Shown: positions 11,929 through 25,029, counted from the first letter of the stretch. The stretch: 64,000 nt of DNA from Heptranchias perlo (GCF_035084215.1 NC_090330.1:93930001-93994000); one strand, 5' to 3'. The notes: generated by a model not told the origin, from the sequence alone. Program-made: numbers and translations.

Positions 11929-13969
11929 GGGCCTGATTTTAGCAGGCCTGCGGGTTTCCGGCGGGTTGGGTTTCGGGTGCGTGGCCTCCGCGCCCGGTGA
12001 AATTAGTGGGTTTCCCGAGCAATCGTAGCAGGCAATGCACTAATTGGAATCACTTACCTGCTCCTCCGGGCTCCGCGCTGCTGGTCTGCGCGTCGGGCGG
12101 GCTGCGCATGCGCAGTATGATCTGTCAGCTGGAGGCTCTCTACTTAAAGGGGCAGTCCTCCACTGACAGATGCTGCAACCAATGGAACAAATTACAGCAT
12201 GGATCAGCCCAGGGGGAAGGATGCTCCCAGTTTAATGATGCCTCACCCCAGGTATCATCAGATGGGGTGAGGAGGAGGGGGAGGACAGAGATCTTCCACC
12301 CGGCGGGCGGGAGGAAGCGGCCTGCCTCTGCCACCAAGAAGGCCTGGCTCGAGGTGGCAGAGGGGGTCACCTGCACCACCAACATATCGCCCACCTGCAT
12401 ACAGTGCAGGAGGCGCTCCAATGACCTCAGTAGGTCAGCCACAATGAGAACACGTAGTCTTTCCCCTACACTCCGTCTGCCACAACACTACCCCCACCCC
12501 ACATCTCCTTCGGCACCGCCAACACTACTCTGTCACATCACCCCTCATACCCACTCAAACCCCATCCTCATCTTACCTGCACCTACTCACCTCGCCAGTA
12601 CTCACCCGCCACTAACACGCAACCCAATCCTCATACAATCTCATGGCTCTATCCCATACTCACCCTCTCGTGCATCTCTCTCACGGCCAGCCTCACTCAA
12701 CCTGCCACCACCTGTGCTGCAGCCACAGGGCATGCATCGCATATGTGCAGTCGGCAGCGTACGGCAAACGTGTCGTGAGCATGAAGGGGATGCACAAGGG
12801 TGTCTGAGGGTTTGCCATGGGTGTTACCTATATTGAATTTCAGAGCAACAAACATCACACATTATATTGGCACCACCACTGCCATGTCTCCGTGAATCCT
12901 GTCTGTTGTGTCCAATAATGCCAGCTCCTGGGTATCACTATGAGGACCCACCACTGATGCCACCCATTGTGTTACTGCAGAGTAGGTGCAGGTGTATTTG
13001 CAGGGCTCTTCCTCGCAGACGACTGAGAGACATCGGCGGTGTACCCGGCTGCACCCTGGAAGGATGCGGAGGAGAAGTTGTGGAGGGCAGTGGTGACTTT
13101 GGCAGTGACAGGTAAGCAGATGGTGCTGGGGCCAGCCAGCAGCAGCTCGGCATGAAAGAACCTGCAGATCTCCACGACTACATGTCGAGTGAATCTGCAC
13201 CTCCGTGTGCTGCTCAGAGAGGTCCGGGGAGCTGCGCCTCGGTCTGTGGACCCTGTGCGGAGGGTAGTGCCCTCTGCGACGCGTCTCTCTCTGCGGTAGC
13301 CCTCCCTCCTGCTGTACAGGTGGATGTGTCACAGCACTCTGTTGTGGAGCTCCACGTGTCAGAGGTGGACGGCGTGGACTGCGAGGCTGCTGGGGCTGGT
13401 CATGCTGTTCGTCCTCCAAGGATGTCAACGCACCACCCATCTGGCAGGTGTTGGTCTGAGGGGTTGTGCAGGGTAGGTAGGTGGTTCCTCGCACTGGGGC
13501 TGCGGTTTCACGTCGGTCTGTCCTCTGGCTTGGCGGGGGGTGATGGAGGGCAGGGGTTGCCCTACGTGACGCGGTGGCCTCCTGCGTGGGTAAGGGCTCT
13601 CCCACCCGCTGTGGAGTGCACCTTGGCAGCTGCCACAGGCTGCTGGCTGGAACACGACCGGTTGAAGGGAGATTCTTTCCCCCAGTGCACCGCGTTGAAG
13701 CTAAAATCCCACACTTCCTGTTTTGACAGCTGCTTCAGCTCATTTAATGACCTCAACAAGCAAGGTAAGTACACTCAATTGGAACCCCGCTGGCTTTAAT
13801 TGCCTGCGGGATTCCCACCAGCGGGGCCTGCGCACACAGCCCCGCATGTCAGCGCGGCACCCGGAAGTGGCCGGGATCTCGGCGCGATCCGGTCACGTGA
13901 CTGGATATCGGGATTTTCGGGGCCCCCCCGCTGGAAACCCGCAGGAAACCCGACGCTAAAATCGAGCCC
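11929..13969. mobile_element. Non-autonomous Harbinger, internal deletion derivative (~2.04 kb)
   Basis: Same TIR family (GGGCCTGATTTTAGCAGGCCTGCGGG...CTAAAATCGAGCCC). Degenerate Myb exon 1 (KKAWLEVAEGV...CIQCRRRSNDL). 13000-13969 aligns closely by eye with 60490-61445. Flanks CTT/AAG do not form a direct TSD. Confidence 0.88.
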
Positions 13970-16071
13970 AAGAACTTTACTCTGAAAGCGCCTCACTTGA
14001 TACCTTCTATTTCAAAAAAAGACTTTAATTATAGTGCTGTTACAAGGCAGTTGGATGCACTGACATTAAATTTGACTTCTGAATGTACTAACGCTGGGAC
14101 CTCTAAGATGCCCCTGTAGTAGCTATTTCACACTGAATTGATTTTGCACTTGGGGCAATATAATTCCAGCTCAGTGTGAGGATGCATTGTAAAAGTACCA
14201 AGGAGTACAATGGACCTCCTTGGCACTTTATGGACTTACTTTTCAATATTTTTACAGTTAAGAGAAAATGGATACTCCCATCTGCTCTCTTCTAACATTA
14301 AAAAATAGCTGGTCAGAGAGTGACACTCTGCACATGTATTCAAACACATAAGAACAGTGCAATCTGCAGAATACTAATTACCATGGAAACCTGGTTGGGA
14401 TAGTCCAAGGCTTCCTGCACTTTTTTCATCCTTTGGTACTTTCAATTCTGTTTAATTATTTCTCCCTCAGGTAAAAGTTCTAGATTTGCCACCTGCAAAT
14501 TCCTGCTCCACTATCTCATGACTATCTAATAGATGGGCTTCATGTCATTTTACAAACTAGAATGTATTTGCAGCTGGAATTCAATGGGGGCACTTTTCAA
14601 CTGCAGGCTGCTCGTTTCTCACCTCAGCAAGCTAATGCATGATAGTTGCTAGGGCCACTTGAATCCTTGCCTGGTTTATGTATCATTGACTTTCAACAGC
14701 TGGGACAGTAGCACAGCACTAGGAGCTTAATGAAGACCTTTGCTATCATGGCCATCGTCATGTCAGATAGTTTGTACAGCATGTGTTTTGTAATGCCATC
14801 TTTTCCTGATGCTTTCTCATTCATGCTTCTTGGCCTTGGGCTGGGTTAAGGTGGTTACTTAAACCTGATAAAACATTTGCCTTGCTGTTTGCGTGACGTG
14901 TTTCTAGTAACTGAGACAGTCTTGAATGAATATTGATATAGTTACAAACTTCCCTTTCCCAGAAATGATCAATTCTCCGTGGTTTGGTTTAGTATGATTA
15001 GTACTGAGATGATCATTTAAACGCTCAGCTTCTTTTTTGTTTAAGTCTATCTCTGCCAAGAGTACGCAGCATTGGTTGGCCTTTTTTTGGTTCTAGCTTG
15101 CGTCCCTGCTAGATTAATTTTCAGAAGCGTTTAGTGTCCTCCTCATGCTGAACCTTTTGATAAAATGGTCCCATTATTGTGTGGAGTCTTTTTTTAAGAT
15201 GTGACGGAACTTGGAGACGGTTAATAGCAGTTTTTGTATCCAAGAGGTGTGTTTCAATGAAATCCCTCCAGAGTTGTTTTTTTTTAACTTTATGAATCTC
15301 AGTGAAAGTGCTTTTCCACTGGCACTGCTATCTTTGCTGCTCATATTACTGCCTTTGTAACGTACACTTCTATTTTATCTGGGGTTTTTCAAGTCACAGG
15401 AAGAAAGACACTTTCAACTAATCTGACGCAATCTGAATGCAGTGTAGTCAACCCATTTGTAATCCCAGACTAATGTTCCACATGGTTATAGACAAGTAGA
15501 AAGCTTTTGTGATGAAAATATAGCATTTTTGTCTTTGATGACTTCTTTCTTGCTGGTGAAGGCACAAACAGGGTTGAAATTAGCCACTGTTAGTCATTCT
15601 GCAGATTGCAGAAAATACAGGTTCCTACTCATTGATATGTGTGGATTAATTGCTCTCCTTTGCATTGGATAGGGATCTGTCCAACAGGTCATTCAAAGTG
15701 TTCAAGAACTGATCAATGGTTTAAGCCATTCCATTCACATACATGCATCCTGTTGGGGGAGTTTATAGTTCATATTTGTTTGGCACCTCGTTTTGAACCC
15801 TATAAAAGGTTGACCATCTAATGTAGTTTAAAAAAATACAGCTTTTTTAAAATTCTTTTTGTTCTGTACTATCTTCAAGGAAATTTGAAGCTATCTCAAG
15901 GCTGTATTGCAACCAAAATCAGTCATTCTCAAGCCATAAGACATAAGGGGCTGGTCAGCAACTCCACAGTAGTGCATCGCTATATAAGGTTGAAGGTCAG
16001 TGCAGGAGCAGTATCTTTGTTGCCTTTAAGATTTTGAGGAGATTAGTAAACCCTGTAATTACTGTAACTAT

Positions 16072-16312
16072 GGTGATAGATTTACACCTGTACCAGCTGG
16101 GCATTAAGCATCGTCTGGGCGGAGCGGAGAGAGGAAAATCGAACAGAGAGGATCACATACCTGTTATAGAACCTGCCTGATTTTCCTCCCATTAATTTAA
16201 ATGAAAGGAAAATCAGGCAGGTTCTGTAATGGATATTTGATCTTCTCTACCCAATTTTCTTATCTGCGTTCCACCCAGGTTAGTACCAGCTGGTAAAGAC
16301 AACAATCTACCC
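16072..16312. mobile_element. Palindromic MITE-like element
   Basis: Central arms ttatagaacctgcctgattttcct and aggaaaatcaggcaggttctgtaa; weaker pairing continues to the ends. A half copy at ~63848-63958 interrupts a CR1 relic. Confidence 0.6.
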
Positions 16313-18315
16313 CACACTGTTCATAATGAGTATTGTTCATGTTAAATAAACTGTTTAATGGTAAATAAATTTGTCAGGTAAAATTATAGCTTGATCTGTG
16401 GTCTGATAAATGGCTTATTCTTCCACCTTCTGAAGACAAGGAGATCATGTGGTAGCACATGATAGTTTCCAGTAAGCCAGACAAGGGTTGTTTGTTGAAT
16501 CCTTGGGCATCGCTACAAATAACTAGATAGTAGTCAGGTAAAGATACATTCTGTTTTTAGGGAATATGAGGTCTGCTTACCAGAGTAGCCAGACATGCTG
16601 AACCCAAGATAATACCTGGGGTAAAAACCCAAAAATGGAACAGCTTTTCTGTAAGCTCGACTAATAGATGGCCTCTTATCAAATCATTCCCAACGATCAG
16701 AACTGAGCATCTGCTGGGTCAAGCAAATCTCTGCAATTGAAGCTATTACTGTAGAAAGTGGACTTCAGGGGAGGGGAAGTTCAGAATGCTACAGCCCACA
16801 TCATCCGTCACATTTAGAGATTCCTTATCCATAGCATTAGTGCACCACTAAGGATGTTTTGCCCTGGAATCCAATGTAGAATCAGCATGTTATCCCTATA
16901 GTGGAGGACCCTTCTGAATGGGTCTTGCTGCAGCAGGGCCCCTTGGGGACTGAGGTGCGGTGTTAGAACTTTAGCTCCAGTCTGCTATAGAGATGATTTG
17001 AGACTGGTAGCTACAGTATAACAATCAAGAAAAGAAAAAAATTGCAATAGCATGTCTTTTATTTTTAGTAGTGTAAGACCAGGTCATACTTAGAGAAATT
17101 CTTAGACATGTATTACGAATATTAAACTGTAAACTTTTAAATGAACTCAAAAATATCTTAATGTACTTACAGTACTATGGAGCAAGTAACATCTCAATGA
17201 AACTGCAAGTTTGCTGATGACATTGTTTAGGTGTTAAAACTTTGATGGATTTCTGTCTCAGTGGTACCACATATTTGGCAAAGAAAATAAATCAGAAAAC
17301 AAAACCATTTCTAAGATTCATTGATGTTAACAAATGCACATTAAAAACACAACTTTAATTACATACAGTTCTCAATTTAAAATGCTATGTGGTTGATTGG
17401 TAACCAAATTTTACGAACCACATCTTTCCATATTTGAACCAGAACTAGTGCCAAGGGAAGATTTAAATGGCCATACAATGTAAATCATTTAGCTGCCTGT
17501 AAGGCTCAATGTCAAGCATAGAATTCTCATCCAAACACTATAGCTTCTGATTCACAATCATGTGCATAATGGATTATAACCAACAGTTTGCAGATACATT
17601 TATTAATTTAGAAAGATACTAAAGAAAAAGATTACAAATCAATACAGCATTTGTTGCAGTTTCAGCAAAATATATTTTCTCGTGTATAGCCTGAAATTAT
17701 TATTATTTGTTTTCTGTTGGCTACCAAGAAAATATAAATGAACCAGCCAACTAAATCCCATTGAGAAATGCATGCCCATTAATTCAAATACATAAAATTT
17801 GAGCCTTGTCGCTACATGGAATTTTGCAGCCCTAGCTTTTTTGTCTGATTTTTGATGTACTGTATGCTATGTCCCTTTGTTAATGTGTTTCAATCATTTT
17901 ATGGACCGGTTGCTGCAATTACACAGGATATATTGCTGCCAACTTTGATACCAAAGCTGAACCCAACTTCATTAATGGCCTCAAAGGCGCAGGTCGGTTG
18001 TGTTTTGGGCACAGAGGACTGTCCAATGCCCGATATGTGCTGGATTTTAATTGCTATGTCTAGCCTATGCAGCAAATGTGCATAATGCTTATTAGTCTTC
18101 TGGTTTCCATGCAAATTAAGCCAAAGCCGCATAATGAAGCTGGAGCACTTCTGCAGCATTCCAAGTGCCATGCATTGATTTGGTGCTTTGGGGAGGCCTG
18201 CCTCAAAAATAAAAAGCTCGGTGCTTATTGCCTCTGTTTTTTTGCCTTAAATTGCAGAATTGTGAAAGGAGACAATGCACCACCACCTTAATATCCCTGA
18301 AAAACTAAACATTAA

Positions 18316-21300
18316 GGGGCCAGTTTTTGGATGGCTGAGTGGGTGCGTTGGGGGCGGGGGGGCTCCTAAAATGGCGGAATTCCGGAGTGGGTTCAGAGCC
18401 TGGCTCCAACCCGCTTACTTCTGGGTTCCCAAATGATGCGTTTGGGTGCGCGCACAGCTCCCACATGCGGGACTCTACTGGCAATTAAAACCGGCGGGAT
18501 GCTACTTTACATTGTTATTTAGATAGTTGAGGTACTTGACAGACCTCATTGATGGGAGATTTTGGCAGGGGTGCAATTTTGAAGGATCCTCAGCGTGTTT
18601 CTCGTGCTGTGGGAAACACTCCCTGTTGGAGCAGGCGTGTTTCAGCCAACAGCCAGTGGGAGATGCAAAGGATTATTTGACAGTTGGGAGAAATACCTCA
18701 TTTATTGCAGCAGGGCACTCTGTCACTTCAGACAAAGTTTTGGCTGCAACACCTTTGTCTTTCCACTCAAAATTATTAATTTATACCCTATACTCTGCTG
18801 TGCAAACACATTTACCTACTTTGCGGACCCCCTCAAACTCACACCGTCAGGATGGGGGGCGTTGTAGCTGCATTCATCACTTCATCCGAGGACGAGCAAC
18901 ATCACCAGCATCGCCAGGCACGGCGTCCACCTCTGCCACGTGGAGCTCCACAACACAGTGCTACGCCACAGGCAGCTGCACAAAATAGCCGTGCAACTAC
19001 ACATACACCCAATGTAGAGTGACCCAATGGGTTGCATCAAGTGTGGGTGTGCATGGTGAACCTCATGAAAGGGACTTATTACACAAGCCAGTCAAGAATG
19101 GCCAAGACGTGGCAGTAGTGGTGACAATAATAATATTTAATGTGCCATCAACAAAAATCAAATATAAATAAAAAACATGACAAACCATCAAACACCCTTG
19201 TCCACCCCCTTTGTGCTCACAAAACCTTTGTCTTACGTTTACGAGTACTCCTACGTGGTACTTCCCCTGTGGCTGCAGCAGAGGTAGTGGCAGGTTGCTC
19301 TTGTTCATGCCCTGACCGATTAGATGCTTTGGGCCTACGCCCTCTGGGTTTCCGTGCCCGTGAGGACCCCTCCAAAGACTGCTCCACCTGCACCTGTGCA
19401 GGGGCAGACTTGACCACCTGGAGAGGAGGCAGCACTGCGGGTGCTGATTGAGAGGGGGGCAACAGGTGAGACGTGAGAGCGCTTTGAGTGGCGTCCCCAC
19501 TTCCATGTCCCCTTTCGCCATCATCCCTCTCCTGGGCCAGGCCTACATCACTCCTACCACCCTGCTGGACAACAGTTTGGAGGACATGTGTGAAGCCTTG
19601 TAAGGCCAGTGCTAGAGTATCTGCCTGCCTGTTTAAGGCAGCAGAAAGTTGATCACCCTGAGTTCGAAGGGCTGTTGTCAGAGCCTCAATGGACTCATTG
19701 GTGCACCGTACTTGAAGCTCGATGGAGGCTAGCCTTCCCTCCATCGCAGACATACCCGCACTTACCTGCAACACTATCTCAGAGATGCCCTCACGTCCCT
19801 GTGACAGTATCTCAGAGATTCCATCCTGTACCTGTGCCACCATGCCACTCATGCAGAAGTTGGACTCCTCCATCCTCTGCCCGATTGTGGAGAGTATGCG
19901 TAACACCTGTTCCAGTACCTCGCAAATGTGCTGCTGCCACTCGATGAGTCTCCTTTTAAAGGATGGCCCCCAGAGTTCAGCATCTGTGTCCAGCTGAGCA
20001 GAGCCTGGAGAAGAGTGCTCCCACTGACTCTCCACAGCTGCCCCTGCCAACAGTGTCTGCTCGTGTTCACATGTGTGTGGTGACTCACCACGTGCGACCC
20101 CAACTAAGTGAGGACAGGGATCCAGTGTGTATCTGCGCTGGTGGATGGCTCGCTCAGATGTGACGGTGCCTCCTCAGAGGCCGGCAGGTCCTCTGAGGAA
20201 TCGCCCTCCTCTGTCATGGCGGTCACTGAAGGCCCTGTAAGAGAACAGAAGGCAATGTTAAGCATGATGACAGATGTTGAGGTGCTGAAGATGGCAAGGC
20301 ATGTTAACATCATTTGCTATTGTGAGTGCTGAATGTCAAAGTTCTATCACCAGCCATTTTTTTTTATTCATTCATGGGATGTGGGCCTCGCTGGAGAGGT
20401 CAGTATTTAATGCCTATCCCTAATTGCCCTTGAGAAGGTGGTGGTGAGCCGCCTTCTTGAACCGCTGCAGTCCGTGTGGTGAAGGTTCTCCTAAAGTGCT
20501 GTTAGGAAGGGTTTTCCAGGAATTTGACCCAGCGACGATGAAGGAATGGCGATATATTTCCAAGTCGGGATGGTGTGTGATTGGAGGGGGAACGTGCAGG
20601 TGGTGTTGTTCCCATGTACCTGCTGCTCTTGTCCTTCTAGGTGGTAGAGGTCGCGGGTTTGGGAGGTGCTGTCGAAGAAGCCTTGGCGAGTTGCTGCAGT
20701 GCATTCCGTGGATGGTACACACTGCAGCCACTGTGCTCCGGCGGTGAAGGGAGTGAATGGTGGATGGGGTGCCAATCAAGCGGGCTGCTTTGTCCTTAAT
20801 GGTGTCGACCTTCTTGAGTGTTGTTGGAGCTGCACTCATCCAGGCAAGTGGAGATTATTCCATCACACTCCTGACTTGTGCCTTGTAGATGGTGGAAAGG
20901 CTTTGGGGAGTCAGGAGGTGAGTCGGGTGGCAGTCTCGGCATCCCCGACGGACAGGCACTCGAGGGTGCGGCTCAGTTCAAGAGCCTCCTGCTCCGCGTC
21001 TGTGCATTCTGGGCTCTCTTCTCCTATAAGGGGAGAAAGTAGAGAGGCATGAGTGAGGGACACTGACGTGGCCAAATGCTGAATGCTTTGGTTTGGGTGA
21101 GTATGAGACAGAGCCATGACATTGTATAAGGATTGGATTGAGTGATAGTGGTGGGATGAGAACTGGGGAGATGAGTAAGTGCAGGTAAGTTGAGGATGAG
21201 TTTTGAGTGGGTGTGAGGAGTGATGTGATAGAGTAGTGTTGGCAGTGCAGAAGGAATTATGGGGTGGGGGCGGTAATGTGGAAGAGCAGCATTGGAGGAC

Positions 21301-21517
21301 TGCCCCTTTAAATAGGGCTCCTCCAGCTGACAGCCTGTGATGCAGATGCGCAGTCCGCCCGCTGCGCAGATTGACGACAGGAAACCCGGAAGCCATGGTA
21401 AGTGCCTTCAAGTTACCCGCCACCGCATGGGGGACAGACCGGTTTCAATGGGCGGGTTACCCACGCACCCAGTCATCTTCCCCACTGCCATCCCGCCTCC
21501 CTGGTAATATCATGGCC
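18316..21517 (-). mobile_element. Harbinger derivative in reverse orientation: transposase nearly deleted, Myb gene exons 2-3 retained, LINE inserted
   Basis: TAA flanks at 18313-18315 and 21518-21520. ORF 19217-20050 is homologous to Myb exon 3 (EHSSPGSAQ...RRSTRKRKTKVL). A transposase N-terminal stub MGGVVAAFITSSEDEQ begins at ~18852 (+). Confidence 0.82.
20355..20923 (-). mobile_element. 5'-truncated CR1-group LINE 3' end inserted in exon 2 of the Harbinger Myb gene
   Basis: ORF 20420-20839 (DTIKDKAARLIGTPST..SLHRRSTVAAVCT..FIVAGSNSW..FKKAAHHHLLKGN) is a LINE ORF2 C-terminus with an A-rich tail. Myb exon 2 sequence resumes on both sides. Confidence 0.8.
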
Positions 21518-21719
21518 TAAAAGAGCAGCAAGCACTGATTTCTGGTGCTCAATAATCCTGCCCCACAACTTTCTGGTGTTCCCAGTACTGCATGCATTAA
21601 GCACTGGGAGTACCATGAACATTTGTTAACTGACTTTGCATTAAGATGCAAGGCCAGCTCATTTAGGTGCAGGTGCAACCCTCACACAAATCGCAGTGGT
21701 TCAGCAAAGAGGTATTTTG

Positions 21720-22270
21720 AAAATACTATAAATGTATGCCAGTAGTGAGATGATTTGGTTGTGAAAAGGGAGATCGACATGGTCAAGCAAAGTGTTGTGG
21801 TGAATGACCAATTCTGCAGCTCTCGGGCTCGATAGTGTGAAGATGGGAACTGTCCCAAGGAAAAGGTGGGGAAGGAGACTGTAACGGACTTGGCCTCGAT
21901 AAAGCCTTCAAAGCCAGGACCAATGGTGCTGTTGAGCAAGTTGGCAGAGGCAGCAGTGTCATGGCAGGTGGAAGGCCAGGGCAGAGTAAAGGAACTTGGG
22001 AGATCTGGACTTGTGAGGGAGTGGAGGGGGAACTCTTTTTCCAGGGATTGATGGTGAGCGTAATGGAGTTGGAGGTGGAGAGGGAGACATGTGATAGTGA
22101 AAGAGGTGAGAAAATGATCAGAAATGTTCTTGTTAATGATAAAACTTTGAATAAGGTGAGATCTTGCATGACAAAACATCAAGGGGGTGACAGGGAGTGC
22201 AGGGCAAGGTTGAGTGAGGAGAAGTGTGCGAAAAAGTCTGGTGATTCTATCAGTCTACCACCAAAGCTAT
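21720..22270 (-). mobile_element. L2-type LINE ORF2 fragment
   Basis: Pyrimidine-rich minus-strand coding remnant (ISDHFL motif at the endonuclease end, then linker region) typical of L2. Confidence 0.5.
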
Positions 22271-22679
22271 GGCCAGAGATGGGGAGAACCCATGCGGAAT
22301 GTCCAGGCCAGTGTTTATCTATAGTGGTACAGTGACCACAACCAGAAGCAAATGTTGTGTGAAAAATGGCACAAAATTATTTTTTACCTACGTGGAGAGA
22401 TAGAAGAGGATTAGAAAAGATAAGATTATTTTGTACATTTTGAAAATGTTGAGTGACTTTAAAATGAATCCCTGAGCAGAAAGCATACTTTTAACTCTAG
22501 CAACTAATTGAACCCATAGGGCAATAGAAGGGATTGTAATTGAGTGTTTTATTTAAAATTGCTGTCATGGAAGAGAGGGAGCAAAAGGACAAGGGATTTT
22601 GTTTTTAACTGGAGGAATATTTTTTGATAAATGAGAACAAAACTTTACCGTTTCAGCATTCGTGCTTCAATCCCATATG

Positions 22680-25029
22680 TAAACAATCTTAAAACACCAG
22701 GTTATAGTCCAACAATTTTATTTGAAAATCACAAGCTTTCGGAGGCTTCCTTCTTCGTCAGGTGAATGTCAGGAAATCCTTGAACGTTTTGCATTCATAG
22801 TCAGAGAACAATACCTGGTGATTACAGATAATCTTTCCAACTGCCCGTTGTCAAGGCAATCAAAGTGTTCAGACAGAGAGGTGTTACCTACACGACCACC
22901 GAATACACAAACGGCCAGAACACAAAACAGAGAGAGAGAGGGAGAAACATCCAAAAGGAAGAGAAAGACTGAAAATGACCTGTTGAATTGAAACAGATAA
23001 CTTTTATTCGCAGGTGGGGTTACGTGTAGCGTGACATGAACCCAAGATCCCGGTTGAGGCCGTCCTCATGGGTGCGGAACTTGGCTATCAATTTCTGCTC
23101 GACGATTTTGCGTTGTCGTGTGTCTCGAAGGCCGCCTTGGAGTACGCTTACCCGAAGATCGGTGGCTGAATGTCCTTGACTACTGAAGTGTTCCCCGACT
23201 GGGAGGGACCCTCCTGTCTGGCGATTGTTGCGCGGTGTCCGTTCATCCGTTGTCGCAGTGTCTGCATGGTCTCACCAATGTACTATGCTCCGGGGCTTCC
23301 TTTCCTGCAACGTATGAGGTAGACAACGTTGGCCGAGTCACAGGAGTATGAACCATGTACCTGGTGGGTGATGTCCTCTCCTGTGATGATGGTATCTGTG
23401 TCGATGATCTGGCATGTCTTGCAGAGGTTGCCGTGGCAGGGTTGTGTGATGTCGTGGACGCTGTTCTCTTGAAAGCTGGGTAATTTGCTGCAAACGATGG
23501 TCTGTTTGAGGTTGGGTGGCTGTTTAAAGGCGAGTAGTGGAGGTGTGGGGATGGCCTTAGCGAGGTGTTCGTCATCATTGATGACATGTTGAAGGCTGCG
23601 GAGAACATGGCGTAGTTTCTCCGCTCCGGGGAAGTACTGGACAACGAAGGGTACTCTGTTGGTTGCGTCCCGTGTTAGTCTTCTGAGGAGGTCTATGCGA
23701 TTTTTCGCTGTGGCCCATCGGAACTGTCGATCGACAAGTCGAGCAACATATCCCGTTCTTACGAGGGCGTCTTTCAGCGTCTGTAGGTGTCCATCGCGTT
23801 CCTCCTTGTCTGAGCAGATCCTGTGTATTCGCAGGGCCTGTCCATAGGGGATGGCCTCTTTGACGTGGTTAGGGTGGAAGCTGGAAAAGTGGAGCATCGT
23901 GAGGTTGTCCGTGGGCTTGCGGTAGAGTGAGGTGCTGAGGTGCCCGTCTTTGATGGAGATTCGTGTGTCCAAGAAAGAAACCGATTCTGAGGAGTAGTGC
24001 ATGATAAGCTTGATGGTGGGATGGAACTTGTTGATGTTATCGTGTAGTCTCTTTAGTGAATCTTCGCCGTGGGTCCATAGAAAGAAAATGTCGTCGATGT
24101 ATCTGGTGTATAGTGTTGGTTGGAGGTCCTGTGCAGTGACGAATTCCTGCTCGAACTTGTGCATGAAAATGTTGGCGTATTGGGGTGCGAATTTGGTCCC
24201 CATGGCTGTTCCGTGTGTTTGGGTAAAGAACTGGTTATCGAAGGTGAAGACATTGGTTCATGTCACGCTACATGTAACCCCACCAGCGAATAAAAGTTAT
24301 CTGTTTTTAATTCAACGGGTCATTTTCTGTCTTTCTCTTCCTTTTGGATGTTTCTCCCTCTCTCTTATCCCAGGATGAAGCGGATGAGTTGTAGGATGGC
24401 GTCTGGAGATTGGCTGTTGTTGGTGTTGAGTATTGATGCTGTTGCAGCGTTGCCGTCATCGTGGGGGATACTGGTGTAGAGAGCCGAGACTTCCATCGTG
24501 GTGAGAAGTGTTCCTGGTTCAACTGGTCCATGGGTACTGAGTTTTTGTAGGAAGTCTGTAGTGTCGCGACAGAAGTTGGGGGTTCCCTGTACAATGGGTT
24601 TCAGGATGCCCTCGACGTATCCAGAGAGGTTCTCACACAGAGTTCCGTTGCCTGATACGATAGGACGTCTGGGTGTGTTGGCTTTGTGTAACTTTGGGAG
24701 GCAGTAGAAGTCTCCCACGCGGGGAGTACGTGGGATGAGAGCGCGTAGGATGCTTTGAAGGTCTGGATCGAAGGTCTTGATCAGTTTGTTGAGCTGGTGG
24801 GTGTGTTCTTTGGTCGGATCTGCGGGTAACCGTCTGTAGTGTTCCTGGTTGTCCAGTTGTCGGCATGCTTCTTTGCAATAGCCCGTTCTGTTCTGTATGA
24901 CGATGGCTCCTCCTTTGTCCGCTGGTTTGATGACGATGTTGCGGTTGGTCTTGAGAGCGTTGATGGCGTTGCGTTGTGCTCGGGTGACATTCTGGACTGT
25001 CTTGTTAGTGCGGCTGATGAATCTGGCAT
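22680..25029 (-). mobile_element. Penelope-like retroelement (RT + GIY-YIG endonuclease), 5'-truncated and disrupted
   Basis: KPADKGG, FYCLPKLHK..RPIVS, SALYTSIP, MGTKFAPQYANIFM, YTRYIDDIF, FLDT, then NVVYLIRC...YIGET. 12-bp TSD caatcccatatg at 22668-22679 and 25034-25045. Confidence 0.9.
22729..22765 (-). ncRNA. Minimal hammerhead ribozyme motif in the Penelope terminal repeat (one stem II mismatch)
   Basis: Minus strand reads UCAC-CUGACGA-A-GAAGG-AAG-CCUCC-GAAA-GC-UU-GUGA. Confidence 0.6.

Noticed and set aside
11997-13996. Many overlapping ORFs up to 279 aa
   Set aside because: GC-rich Harbinger remnants read through introns or in alternative frames.
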